Shown: piece by piece, positions 11,136 through 24,180 of the stretch
Layout of the letters: each line of letters starts with the position of its first letter
Numbering within the stretch: position 1 is the first letter of the stretch
From: Hydrolagus affinis
Lineage: Eukaryota
Assembly: GCA_012026655.1 (NCBI GenBank)
Contig: JAAILG010000005.1
Span: 62,001-126,000, forward strand
Length of the DNA stretch: 64,000 nt
Direction of reading: 5' to 3'
Translations under genes and position numbers: made by a program
The notes under the pieces: generated by a model
What the model was told of the DNA's origin: nothing
Databases searched by the model: none
Seen by the model: the letters and a program-made list of their open reading frames with translations, nothing else

Positions 11136-12697
11136 TACAAAGTTCATGTCTGCAGCGAAGAAACCACAGAGCACACCCTGTGCCTGTCTTGCTCAAACCC
11201 AACAGTAATTGGTGATCCACCCCAGTAGCACTCACTGGAACATAACCTTTATCCACTTTGGGACATTATTTTCTAAATCTGCAGCATGGAAAAAAATTGC
11301 ACCTCACAAACTAAACAACTGAAACCCACTGGATGGTATTTTGTTTGTGGGGAGGGGATGGGGGGAGAAGGAAGAGGGAGTATTTTAGAAAATAATCCCT
11401 TAGAAAAAAAGAGCCTGTTTTGTTGGACCTATGTCCTGCTGAGGATGGGAGTCTGTTAATTGTTTTGTTTATTGTATTGGCCTATCAATGCTACACTTGT
11501 CTGCCTGCAGCCTGACAGCAACCCTTGGTTTCTTTATGGTACTACTGGTTAGGTTTTCAGTTCCCGCGTCTCACAGCTGATGCAGAGAAAACGAGTCACC
11601 TCTTGCTTTTACTGCATAAGCTTGTCCGAAGACCTAAATATCTTTGTACCATCGTAGCATTATCCCATTGTCACAAAGAGAAACGGTCCTCCTTTCCTAT
11701 GAATAAACTGATGCTCCTGACAGGCTTCAAAAGAGCATGGTCAAAAATGACATCTAAAAAGTCAAATTAGTGCAACTAAATATTTAGGATATTTCCTGCA
11801 GGGTTTAAAATTATCTTGTGATTTCATAGAAATTTTTCAAAGTGACAAACCATAACAATTCCTTTGACTTTCTTAACATCCCCCTGTTTGTAGAGTTAAC
11901 GGATTCCTAACGTGAACCTTAAAGAAACATGACCTATGCTTTCAGCTAAGAGCTAATGTTTTGCTGAGTCCTACTTATCCTGTGCACAAAAACACACTGA
12001 ACTCTAGGACAGGGATATGCCATATCCAGCTGTTTAAACAGTGATTAATTAAAACCAATTCAGTTTGAAAAATAATACCCCCTCCCAGACTGTAACTATT
12101 TCATATTACATGTCCAAAAAAAGATGCAGCAATTTTGTGGTATTCCATATCCAAGAGGTTAGCTCTCAGTATGCTGCTGTGGTACCCATGAACTTGCACA
12201 CAAAAAATCACTAGATATGCGTATTTAGTTGCTGGTAAAATGACTGCACGCATGACCGATGTGCTCATATTAAAATGGCTGTGAGCAACACCAAAAGCAC
12301 AGACTCGGCAGTTTGCAGTGTATAATGCTCAGCACAAACGCTTGCCCATACATAGGGGCCCGAGCAAAGTTTTCATTTAAAAAACGTAGAAATATGTTCC
12401 CCGCACTATCTGTGGCAGAGGCTATTTTCAGATCCTGTGGAATGATACAAATCCAACTGGTAAATAAAACCTGTTTACAAATTTCTATTTGTCAGAGTGA
12501 TTGGGATCCCCCTACCTTTGAAACTATTGCCCTAACTTCTAGTTTCAAGACATGAAAAGCGTTATATCAAAATGCAAGGATTATTATTATTATAATGGAA
12601 TATTATTTGGGGGGTTTAAGTAGCCAGCTTGTTTGAGACAACAGCTTTCTATATTCTTAATTGTAAAATTTCAGCCTTTTACAAATAATGCATTTAT

Positions 12698-12795
12698 AAT
12701 AATACTAATCCTTCCATTTGATGTAGCATTTTATCACGTCATTGAGATGTCTCCAAGCAGAATATAGTGTAAAGTGAATTGACTATATATTTTGT
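12698..12795 (-). mobile_element. SINE family A 3' tail
   Basis: taatccttccatttgatgtagc...gtgtaaagtgaattgactatatattttgtg. Confidence 0.8.
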
Positions 12796-13101
12796 GAAGA
12801 ATTTGACAAACAAATAAATATATGTAAATTCTTAACATTCAACTGCATTCATCCCGCGTGTGTCCTTTATCTTTCTTTATGTTTCACAAGAAAAAAATGG
12901 AATAAAGTCAGAAAGTTAAACATTTATTTTCATGCAGTGTTAACCTCTAACGGTGGAGACAATATCATGCTGAGCTTGGGTGGAGGGCAATGGAATAAAA
13001 TGGCACAACTTGTAAGACTGACTTGAGGAGCTGAACCTTACACCATTGATGACTGGCAGTGGTGCACAGCTGTGTTTTTACATTTGTTTTTTTCTCCTGG
13101 A

Positions 13102-13312
13102 CTCTCTCCCCTCCTCTCCTGACCCATGCCTGGGTACAGTTTCACAGCCACTGGCCTACCTTCCATTACTTTGCCCTGGAGGCCATTCTTTAGGTGAGAG
13201 CCTGTACTGGCAGATTGTTGAACCGTAGGGTATCAAAATTGGGCCTGATCCTTATCTCATGCATCTCATATGAAGCCTATTCATGTCCACTTTCCACCAG
13301 GGGTCACCAAGC
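13102..13312 (-). mobile_element. LFSINE_Vert-like 3' half
   Basis: ctcccctcctctcctga...ggccattctttaggtgagagcct...cactttccaccaggggtcac. Confidence 0.75.
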
Positions 13313-13604
13313 ACTGACCTCACTACCCATCTCCCCAGCCATAACTAAATGAGAACCAAGACACATGGGGATAAATTCCATCTGGGTCTCGATTTATTCT
13401 GTTTAAGCAACATTTTGGAATTTTGTAATTTTTTAAATTTACTCTTAACTTTGATGTTTTTTCTCTAGTTTTTAAAAGAAAACATGCTTAAAAATGAGGT
13501 GTGTATTTTTAGAATTTGCCACATTGTAGATGCTTTGAAATGCTTCATAAAGTAAATATCAAGCTCAAAATTCTACTCATCTGTGGATTGCATGATTTTA
13601 TGTG

Positions 13605-13870
13605 CCTCTGTTTATCTAGCATGAAGTAGGAACCCGGTTGTTAGTCAATTGGTGGATCGCTTTTCTGGGTTAATAAACTCTTGAAAACAAAATTATAATC
13701 TGGTCACTAAATCCATGACTGTTTGTGGGACACAGCTGTGTGCAATCGGCTGCTGCATTTTGCCCACAAAATATACAGTCAATTCACTTATGCAGCATAT
13801 TTTGTAAAGAGTTTGAGATATCTCAAAGACGCGATGAGGTACTATATCAAATACAAGATTAATTATTATA
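13605..13870 (+). mobile_element. SINE family A, long subfamily (5' truncated)
   Basis: ctctgtttatctagcatgaagtaggaacccggttgttagtcaattggtggatcgc body followed by family A tail. Confidence 0.85.
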
Positions 13871-14017
13871 CCTTATTATCTGTAGGTAACTTGAATTGAT
13901 GAATTTTGTTTTAAATATATTGGGGCCAGTTTGCTTTGGTATGCAGCTCTGGATCTGTGGGTTCAAGCCAATCTAGGGTCTTGCTGTCCTTCCTGTATTG
14001 TATTGGGAAAGTACTGC

Positions 14018-14350
14018 AATAACAAAAAAGTTACATTTGTATAGCGCCTTTCACATCAAGAGGATATTCCAAGGCGCTGGATAGTCAATGTTTCAAATCC
14101 AAGCTGGGGTTGGGATCGGGGAGGGTGGAGAGTGGAGGGAAAGGAGGGATTTGGGGTGACTGATGGGATTGTCGAAATGGAGGGTCTTGAGATGGGACTT
14201 GAAAGAGGCCCAGGAGGGCACGAGGCAGAGGCACTATGGGATGGAATTCCAGAGGTTAGGGGTAGAGTGGCTGAAGGCTCGTCCGCCGCTGGTGAGTGGA
14301 TTGGTCAGGGGGCCCGGAGTGAGCAGGCAGGTTGGTAGGGGGTTAGGAGG
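14018..14350 (-). mobile_element. L2 LINE 3' end (ORF2 C-terminus plus 3'UTR)
   Basis: Minus strand translates GGRAFSHSTPNLWNSIP*...FKSHLKT, matching the L2 ORF2 terminal GGRAFS...LWNSLP...FKS.LKT motif, then tgaaaggcgctatacaaatgtaac tail. Confidence 0.9.
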
Positions 14351-14353
14351 TTA

Positions 14354-14630
14354 GTGCATTGTATGAGGTGCATTGCTTCAGAGCATCATTAAACCAAGGT
14401 TCCGTGGATGTCTACCTAGACGTTAAAGATATTGCTATACTATTGAGTAAGAGTTTTTTGGCCAGCAATCTTCCTAATAAATTGTTCGTTCACCTCAGTA
14501 TATTTAGCAGGCAATTACTGATGCAAATGGCTGCTTTGTTTGCCCATAAAAAGAGTCACTCTACTTGACAGTAATTACTTATAAAGTGCTTTGAGGCATT
14601 TTGATGTGATAGGCGTGCTAAAATTCTTTC
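14354..14630 (+). mobile_element. DeuSINE, decayed
   Basis: attaaaccaagg...gacgttaaagat...caaatggctgctttgtttgccc...aaagtgctttgaggc. Confidence 0.65.
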
Positions 14631-14746
14631 TAATATCCAATCTGGTTGGCGTTGCTGTTTTTCTATTAAGAAACACTGACAAGTGGCTTAATTGCTGGGA
14701 AGCAGCTGACCACAGGGCGTGGTGAAGGTCCTAGGTTCATTGCTCA

Positions 14747-14767
14747 GTGTGTGTGTGTGTGTGTGTG
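14747..14767. repeat. (TG)n microsatellite
   Basis: gtgtgtgtgtgtgtgtgtgtg. Confidence 0.9.
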
Positions 14768-16166
14768 GAAAGCTGTTTTTAGCCAAGGGGTTGCTGTATG
14801 TGGCTTCAGGAGGAGGAAACCAGCCAGGCCTTTTGCTCCTGGTCACCATTCAGCAACCTACACCTGCGAGGAGAGAACCGGTCTACACTGTGATCTTCAC
14901 AAGCTATTGAGCAGTCTGTCCTCACTTGAGGCTAAGGCACCAAAAATACCTTCAAGAGAAGAGGGGGAGAATGTTGAAAATTAATAAAAAGGCAGTTTGA
15001 AACAGAGTGAAAGTAAAGCTCCACCCCTTTGCAAACAAAGCGATGTACACTTATAATGATGGGGTGGGAGGCCAGCCGCTCACTCTGGACACTGCAGTGT
15101 TTCATATCCCACTGTCATGGTGCAGGCCAAAAACAGCAAACAATAGGAGTACAACAGGTGACAATTAAAATAAATTTAAAAGGAAGAACAGCATTCCTGA
15201 TTGAGTGTAGTGTATCGATTCAATGGTTGGTCACTAATCCACTTAGTTCTTGGTAGTTTTGTGTGGAAGGCAGTGTGTGGTAATAGGATGGATGTAGGTG
15301 GTCCTATAAGTGTTGGTAAACGTGAACTGTAAATGATACAGGTTATCAGTTCTTTAGAGTCGCGAAAAGACTACCAGGGTCCATGGATAACAGTTAGCTC
15401 TTCAAGCGATAAGTTAGTTTTAATTTGCCTTTAGGTTCAGTGTCAAATTTATAAATTCTTAAATGGTAGATTTTCTGAAATCTAAATTGAATTATAAATG
15501 AACCTGAATTCTCATCTTTAATATTTCTCACAAGTGTATTTATGCAATTTCCAGGTATTTCCAGTATTTATGCAATGTTTGTATTGGGTTTAGGATTCAA
15601 TTATAATCAAGTTGGATTTCTTTTAGATATTCCGATAGATTGAATGAATGTGCCCCAGGATATATAATCACCACATGATTATATCATGTCGAAGCACAAA
15701 TTAAATCACACCATTACAGATTCCTTAGTATATAGTCAGCTTAGTGTGTGAACTTGCAGTGTTTTTTTGAATAAAGAAATCTTTTGGAGTTGGTTCCAGT
15801 TTAGGCTGTCCATTGCTTCGTAAGTAAAATATAATCTCCAGGAAGAGTCTGGGGTTAGAATGACCAGAGTTTCTGATTAAGCAGCTACAGTTTTTAAGGA
15901 AATGATCTCCCACAGCGTGCTTAGGAATCTCGCCTGGGGTTTGCATGCAGTATTAAGTTGTCAATGGCAGTAATGATCTCCCGTGAGAGAGGCAGGAGCA
16001 TTTTGTTTCCAAAAAAAAGCTAAACTAGAAAGGGAAACAGTACAGGTGAGGCCAGCAGATTGCTTTTAGTGACCTTTTCTCCAGTTTCACTTGTATATAG
16101 ATTTCATTGCTCATAAGCAACAAGTGAATTCTCACTTGCAGGTGAAATAACCTCTGTTACACAGAG

Positions 16167-16183
16167 TGCCGCCAGAGGGGAAA
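16167..16183 (+). promoter_or_regulatory. Candidate CTCF motif
   Basis: tgccgccagaggggaaa versus CTCF core CCASCAGRKGGC, in unique sequence. Confidence 0.35.
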
Positions 16184-18656
16184 TGGTCCCTTTGACTGTG
16201 CTCATGACAGTTTCAATTGAAAATCTAAACAGCAATTTCAATACTAAAGCTTAAATTGAGCTACTTGCTTGGTGTAGGTACTGTATAATGATCAGCTTTT
16301 GGGCACCGTGCCGATACAATACAAAAGGCTTTCTTTGGGGTTTGCGAAAAAATAGTTTTTCCAAACTTGCAATAAAAGTGGCAACAATCATAAGTTGTGG
16401 ACACTTTTACGATGACCTCTAGCTGTTACAGTAACAGTGCATTCTTCGAATGGCGAACATGGAAAGGAAGAACTACTTGCAGTTCTGGATGAAAACGAAT
16501 ACAGAAAAGGCACATAGCATGTTTCTTGGGTAAATTCGATGTGTGAAAAAGGGCTCTCATTGATTAAAAGGCATGAAAGTGATGACAAGACCACACCGGA
16601 GCAAAGCACAAGCAATTAGTCTGTGAACACTCATCTCTTAATCCCAGTGTTAAATCTGTACAAACGTATCCATATCCATAATAAAGCTAAAATCTAGCAC
16701 GGCTAAAAAAAAACGATTCCCTTACTACAACATTTTATTTGTATTGCTTAACTTCGTGTTGGCGTCGAGCCCATTTTAAAATGAATTGAACTGCTGAATG
16801 AACACAGCTGCAGTCAGGGTCTTTAATAACGCGAGGCAACAGAACTGCTTGTGTATTGCTGGGATCAAGTGTCCGTTTTGACTAAAATGACATATTTAAA
16901 ATTTTTTGCAGATTTATTTAATGGATTTTTAATTTACTGGGAGGTCAATGACAATACCATCTCAGACATCCATTTGTCTGTCAGGCCTGAGTGGCTCGAG
17001 GTCTCGGATCCTATTTTCTTGTTTCTCCTTGAGGCTTTTGGGGTTTCGTAAGAGAAAGACAAGAAAAATAAAACTGTTTGAAAGGCGGCTGGCTATGTTT
17101 AACCATTAGTTAATCTGCCCCTCGTGCTCTCATTTCTTCAATGGTTACCTGACACTCTGCCCCCTACACACTCACACCTGCTAGACAGACACTTGAGGTA
17201 CTGGGCCACATCCCTCTGACCGTATGGGGCCAAATCTCCAGCTTATTCTACTGTCCCCCGGGCTGCTCACATTCCACATTTTGTTTCTAGCATGAAGGAT
17301 GTTGTTTTAAATCATAATAGTAACCAGGCTGTAATCACATTATAGCACACATGGAGAACTTGCAAAGATCATGTGTTTCAGATTTGACATTCTGATTTAT
17401 GGTTGTGTGCTCCAGTTACACAGCTGCAATCTCATTCCCAACAAAGATTTAAAAAAATATATATTACTTTGTTCCAGCCCTTTCCTTTTGGGTACGGGCA
17501 AGGAAGGGTGTGTGTGTGTGTGGAAAGGAGGGAGGGGGAGAATTTACACCATCGACTAAAGACTTAACACAAGCATGATTATCCTTAGTCCTTTTTTTCC
17601 TCACTTGGCAACAACACTGCATACTAGTTAGTGAAGAGCCTTTGCCTACAATGGACTGAGAAAAGATCATTCATATCTGCCCAACAAGAGCCTGTTATAG
17701 AAATGTTAAAAGGAGAAGAAAAATTATGCAATCGGCAATTTTTTTTCACGTACAGCTGCTTGAAAAAAGGTTCATTTCTCAAGCATTTGTGACATTCTCC
17801 ATTGCTCTTCCTTCATTACAGGGGCACTCATTAGTGGCTTGAACCAGGAAGGCCAAATCACAAACTGTTGAATAAGTCTCATGATAGATAATACTTTCAG
17901 ATGAAATGTAAAGTAATTGCCATTAACACGTAAACAATACTGAGGCAGTCATTATAAATAAGCCTTTGGAGCAGGGACGTTGGATAAATTGCACAAAATG
18001 GAGCCAACCCACTTACTTCGGCTTTGCTAAATAGAAGGTTTTCTCACCAATTCATCCAGCACTTCAATTCCACAAATGTTTTTTCTTCCTTGCTGAATGG
18101 GAATTCCTTATGTTCCAGATATGTATCCAGAGGACTTGTGGATTCAGTCATAGGGTCAGATATAACAGTTTATTCCTCTACTATTAATATTAGGCCATTA
18201 ACAGAAAGCTAACAGTTAAACCTTTTTTTTCATGTTAATACTGTCATGCACAGTCCAGTTATCTACATCTTGCTCACACGCACCAACCTGCATTGTATAT
18301 TTTACTGTAAAAGTTGACCCAAAAATGTAAAATTGGTGAATAAAATTAAAACAATAAGCTTGAAGGGAACATTTAATTGAATGCAAAGCCTTCCTGCCTC
18401 TGTGGAGTTTCAGTTATTTCTTATACCGTCTTCCCTCTGTAGTTGACCCTCTCCGGTTACCCTAACGCCTGAGGGCAGAACTGGATACACACAGACCTCT
18501 CCTCTTTACACATGCACACATGCATTTATGCACATACAATCCTCAGGAGAGAGACTAAGCGAGAGAGAGCAAGAGAGAGAACACACGTAGGCACACATTA
18601 TCCTCAGGAGACACAAATAGACACTGTACACTCGTTAGGACCTACCCACCCACAAA

Positions 18657-18855
18657 CACAACAACAACAAAATTACATTTCTAGAGTACCTTTCACGTCG
18701 GGAGGCCATTCCAAGGCACTGAAAATGCATACACAATCCTCTGGAGACAGAAACTTGCACCATTCCATAGAAGAATTTAAAAAATAACAACAACAACAAG
18801 TTAGATTTCCAGAGCACTTTTCATGTCGGGAGGTCTAATGCACAAATGCTCGAGA
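18657..18855 (-). mobile_element. Two tandem L2-type 3' tails
   Basis: caacaacaaaattacatttctagagtacctttcacgtcgggagg (18660) and caacaacaagttagatttccagagcacttttcatgtcgggagg (18790). Confidence 0.75.
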
Positions 18856-19429
18856 GTGAATGCACAATGCACAAATTCTCTTTCTCCCTCTTTCTCTTCC
18901 TTTTCCCACAAACAATTCTCAAGGGGATTGAGACTCTCCCATTCACACACATATGCACACGCACATGCACACACACAGACACATTCTCAGGACTATTGAA
19001 ACACTGCCAATATTTACAGTCTCTATACCTGGCCCGTGTTTTTGATATGACGCTGTTTAATAAGATCACTCACTCCAGCTGCTGAGTGTTAACAGCAGCA
19101 ATAAATATCAATGCGCAGAGAAATTTAAATATGATCTACATGCAATCCACCCTTAGATGAACCACATTATAGCTTCTCTGCTTAAAGAGGCCAAGAGATG
19201 GACTAAACAGTAAGTGAAGGGTACAGTTGTCAGCAGCAATCAAAAAAAATTTAAATGGCTTCTCAAGCTATCACTGTCAAGCCATCAGCACAATTGTCTG
19301 TAGGTGATCGAACTGAAATTACTTTGTCAAACAGAACTTCAGTTTAGTATAAACAAATGAATGCCTAGAGGACTATAGGAATTTTGCATCACAGTTTTAT
19401 GAGAACCAGTAAATGCTGTTCGAGCTGAT

Positions 19430-19760
19430 CTCAGCTGCGTCATTGAGTTCAAGCTCAAGTGCCTGAAAGTGAACATGCCAAACCTGTATTGACAGACAAG
19501 CTCACCTCAGCTGCTGTGCAGAGGTGTCCAGGCGTGTCAGTCATGTCATCACTACAGAATAGGAGAGGTAACAGGAAAAATCTACTGTAACATAAACTGA
19601 AATATGACAGTTTTGCTCCCGATTGACAGATGAGCTTTGTATTATTATTGTGTCTTGGTGGGTTCATAATTTACATACTTTGGTCAACGAGCTTCAGCGT
19701 TCCGGCATTCAGAATACTTCAACATGTCATTCGGTGGCGTGAATACCAAACAAATATTCA
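19430..19760. promoter_or_regulatory. Candidate conserved non-coding enhancer
   Basis: Repeat-free; cgattgacag (PBX/PREP-like), tattgacag, atgacag, tgtcag TALE motifs, E-boxes cagctg. Confidence 0.3.
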
Positions 19761-20060
19761 TCAGGAGACCAGAAGCCTTTTTTGTTACAGTTTCACACCC
19801 ACGTAAAATCAGGATGTCCGGACTTCATCGCAGAAATAAAGTCGGGATACTAGCAGCACACCAGAACACAGAAACTACTTTGACAAAATTAAAGAGCTCC
19901 AAACTAGTATTCGTTACCAGACCTGAGTCTTGTTCACACGCATCACAGCACCTCACAGGAAGTCAACCCTGAATATAGATGGTGTTAGAGAGAGTTCCAA
20001 TAAATCAGTGGGCCGGCCTTCTGCATTTCTTTTGGAAACCTTTTGAAAAGCAGTTCAATG

Positions 20061-20190
20061 CAACAATAACAATAACAACAACAATAAAATTACATTTGTC
20101 TTTCACGTCAGGAGGACATCCCAGGGAGCTCGATTGGAGTGCAGTGGTGGGGGACGGAGGGTGGGAGTTCTGGAGGGATGAGATCAAATG
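20061..20190 (-). mobile_element. L2-type 3' tail
   Basis: caacaataacaataacaacaacaataaaattacatttg tctttcacgtcaggaggacatcccagggagct. Confidence 0.75.
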
Positions 20191-21690
20191 CGCCTAAGAG
20201 TATTCTTTATCCAGACCAATGTGATGATCTTGTGAATTAAGAAATTCAATTTGAAATTGCTACAGTTTAAGTGTGTAAAATGCCAATGACAGCACAGTCC
20301 ATTATAGAGAATGTGGCCACGCCAACTTTAATAGTACAGTTTTTTCTTCTTTTTAAAAAAAATACTCAAACATTGAATAAAAAAAATGTAGTTTATGACT
20401 ATGGTCTAGAATAGATTATTCTTAATTCATTCACAATGTCACATGGAAAACCCTCGTACCATCAAGACGTTGTGGTAAGCATTATTCAGTGGAAACAGCA
20501 GTTTTAGCACCTTGTGCAGTTTTATGCCATTTGCACCTTGCCTGTGCTGTAACCCGTTAAAATAAAATAGAGTTTTGCATTAGCACGTCATTACCATGCT
20601 CTGATGAAATCTGGATATTTTCAGAAACAAGAAGGAGCAAAAACGATCTGAGTCTTAAATTTTTCCCACATGAAAAGCTCAGAGGAATTGATCCATGAGT
20701 GAAGGCAACGCCTTCTTTCCTTTTATCTGAAAAAAATTGTTCTTCCTCAACATTCACAGCAATCTGCTTTTATCTAACAGGCGAAAGGCTGAGCAATTAT
20801 AAAATACCCGAGTTACAAACTGTATTTAACATTTGCTAAACATTTAAAGTCGTGTAATTAAAAAAGGAAACTTGCCACCTGCAAACAAAGAACTAAGTAC
20901 AGGGTTAAACGCTTCAACCCAATTCATAGACTATTAATGTGTAAAGTACAACATTTAATAGATGTTATCTCTTTTTTTACACCCTTTCCTCCACATTGCC
21001 TCTAAGTGCCAATTCATTTTAATAAATGCATCCGAGCCTGTGTTTTTGAACGGAAGCATTAACTTGAAATGCCAGAGGCAATTAGTTTTAAAAAAAAGCA
21101 ATATTGTTTAGTTTAAACGGGATAGAATTTTTTTTTATGGCCCCAAATACTTCCCTTATTATATACAGATGCCAGCTTAACATCATTGTCCCTGACGGGG
21201 GTTTTGCAGCTCTGCTGTAATAATGAGCTCCAGGACGACCCATTATGTGGGCGAAACACAAGCCTGCAGCAGGATTGGTTTCCAGGTCTAGTTAAAGGTT
21301 AATGCAGCATGTTTCTATTAAATTATTTTCCCTTTTCTTACCCTCCCAGTGCTAATTTTTATTAAGGAGGCAGTATCCCTTTTGGAGGCTCCACATTCTT
21401 GTTTTTTAAAAAATAAAATAAAGACGACTCCTACAAGTTTTTTCTTCTTAGACTTTAAGGCATTCGTTCAAGCCAAAATGCATGTTTTCCTCCTTTAAAC
21501 AAAAGGGGAAAGACCAAGGAGACCAATAATGGACAAGAATTGATCAACTTTTCATTATGGAGCTGCACATAAAAACTACACTGTAGCATTCCAACTGAAT
21601 GTTAAAGGAAACCACATGGTACGTTTTGTGAAGACTAATCTCCAGTAAAATTTGTTATTGAAAGTTTTCACCTTAAAAGGTTTTAACTTT

Positions 21691-21815
21691 CTTTCAGGCG
21701 AGACGTTAAACCAGGGTCCTGACTGCCTGTTCAGGTTGATATTAAAGACCCCAGCCATGAAGCTATTTGAAAAGAGAAGTGAGTTTCTCTCCCGATGTCC
21801 TGGCCTACAATCCTC
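21691..21815 (+). mobile_element. DeuSINE Deu-domain fragment
   Basis: ggcgagacgttaaaccagggtcctgactgcctgttcaggttgatattaaagacccc...atgtcctggcc. Confidence 0.85.
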
Positions 21816-23134
21816 TATTCATTCATCTTGTGTTTATTTGTGGGATGACTTGATGTTTTGGTCGCAAATGATAAACTTACTCTTGCTGGAACTAACCAAA
21901 AAATGTTTACAAGGAGAAAAAGTTGGTAGCTGGCTGCTAAGTAGCACAGTGACATAATACTGTATGCATTTTAACTTGTGTGCTTTCAATGCCATATTCC
22001 TGCTAAAATGTAACAGAAACTGAGGCTCATCAAAACCATGCAAAAGGCCAATGTCCTGGGACTCTCAATGCCCATGGTAATAGAGATTATTCCTGGCATG
22101 TTCAAAATTAGAATCTGACATTTAGATTTCACAGGAGTGGATCACAGATCAATCCAGAGAACATCTGTGAATATTTTGTTTGTTGCATTCTATGCAAAAT
22201 GGCAGCATTGCACCCCAGACAATGTCAGAGGACATTAACAGTTAATTTAAACTTGAAAGAGTAGAAATAACTTTTGAGGCAGGCATTGCAAATGCTTGGC
22301 TATAGATGGCTGTCAGTGGTGAGATCTAAATACAATGATGGTACAAAAAAGTACAAAGAAGTGTCACGTTTTAAGTAAACTCGAATAGAATGGGGGGGGG
22401 GAGAAAGTAGTTTGTGCAGGTATCCACCATGCAGGGTTGTAAATGTGTTTCCTGCCAGAAATGTTTACTTGTTTTCTCAGCATTAATTGGAAAGAGTTAC
22501 ATTTGGTTTGTTAAAAACAATGTACATCGCATAAGGAATTTATTTTCTCATTAACAAAAATATGAGGGATGAATAATACTTCTGTCTTTATTTAAGCAAT
22601 AAGTGGTGACTGAAAGTAATAAAGTCTAGATGCAGTGCAGATGTTTTTCCATCCACAACTTGATGTTATCCACTCAACATTCTTCCCAGTAGTTTCACCC
22701 ATATTATTTTCAGTATTGAAGGTGCATAAGCTCCCTCAAAAGCTCAGCTGGTAAAGGTACCAATCTAAATATATGGTCATAAAATTTAACCCTTGATATG
22801 ATAGTCTATTTTCCTGGATAACACTGGCACCCACTGTGAAGGGTAGACACAAGAAGAATAGCAACATATAGTACTGGAGAATTCCTGAGGTTTGTTCATC
22901 AGTATAACATGACTCAGCTACTGAAGCAGAAGAGGGGAGAAAGCTGCAAAGAAACTGATAAATACACCTTGTGTACACTAAATTAAATGCACTTTTGAGA
23001 GCATCATTTCAATGAGCTGAAGCACACATTCAACAATAGAGTTTCATTTCCATGGTAACTCTTCGATCAGAGGTTGCAGTGTGAAGACATTTTCACAAGT
23101 GTCTTCACCACTTGAACAAAATCAATAATAATAA

Positions 23135-23303
23135 TTAGGTCCACTCAATCCATGACTGTTTGTGAGACACTGCTGCACACAATTGGCTGCCACAATTCGC
23201 CCACAAATATACAGTCAATTCACTTTACAGTATATTCTGTGAAGCGATTTGAGACATCTGGAAGACATGATAAAGCCTTATATCAAATGGAAGGATTATT
23301 ATT
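23135..23303 (+). mobile_element. SINE family A 3' half
   Basis: caatccatgactgtttgtgagacactgctgcacacaattggctgcc...aaggattattatt. Confidence 0.9.
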
Positions 23304-23699
23304 TAATTCTTGACCAAATCCACAATCAATTTGAAATGGATAATCAACACAGCCATATCAGACTTTGGATGGGAAGTGGCAGAATAAATTTAGAAGACAT
23401 ATATTTGAAATTCTGCCACAACTAATTTAGACTTCTTATACTTTTCATTGTTTAAAACAGAAATGTGGCCCATTTGAAGTATGGCAATTGGTAATGTGGC
23501 ATCACAACTCTATATTAAAAGAGCCCAATATCCTAAGATGCCTCTTTTACTCCATCACTGTAACTTGAGACAATTTGCAACTTTATCCTGGTATGGAAGA
23601 ATTGGGTCCACCCCAACGTAAGGCAGCCGATATAATTCACATGGAATTAGAAATAAATAGGAAACTTACCCCCAAAGAGTTGACTTAATAGTCTTCTGA

Positions 23700-23950
23700 T
23701 GTTGCGTTTAGTTAATCACAACCAGTCTCCCAACATGAAACTGGCACCTTTGTCAGCCTGCCATCAATTGATTCTCTCAATAGCAGCTTGATGATGGAAT
23801 TGACATCTCGCATCATCTGCCCCCTTAATTTCTCATTCAATAATGCGTCACACATGTGCCAAACAACTTCACTGCGAGTGCCCCCCACCCCATTATGTAA
23901 TGTAATGTAAACAGGGCCCTAAGCAGTTAATATTTCATGCAATGCTGAGG
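23700..23950. promoter_or_regulatory. Candidate conserved non-coding enhancer
   Basis: Repeat-free; dense TAAT/ATTA, tttgtca, ttgaca, tgtaaaca (FOX) motifs. Confidence 0.3.
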
Positions 23951-24026
23951 AAGATGTGAGGCTATGTGGGGAATGAAAATGTCTACTCCTGTTCTGACTT
24001 GACATCCAGGAACTCACCAGTAAACT

Positions 24027-24180
24027 TTTGTGGGACACTGCTGTGTGCAATTGGCTGCTGCGTTTCACCCACAAAAATACAGTCAATTCACTTTACAGTA
24101 TATTCTTTGAAGCACCTTGAGATGTCTAGAAGACGTGAAAAGTGCTATATCAAATGCAAGGATTATTAAGGATTATTATT
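24027..24180 (+). mobile_element. SINE family A 3' half
   Basis: tttgtgggacactgctgtgtgcaattggctgc...aaatgcaaggattattaaggattattatt. Confidence 0.9.

Noticed and set aside
23376-23419. 10-bp inverted repeat gtggcagaat/attctgccac
   Set aside because: Within chance expectation for this window size
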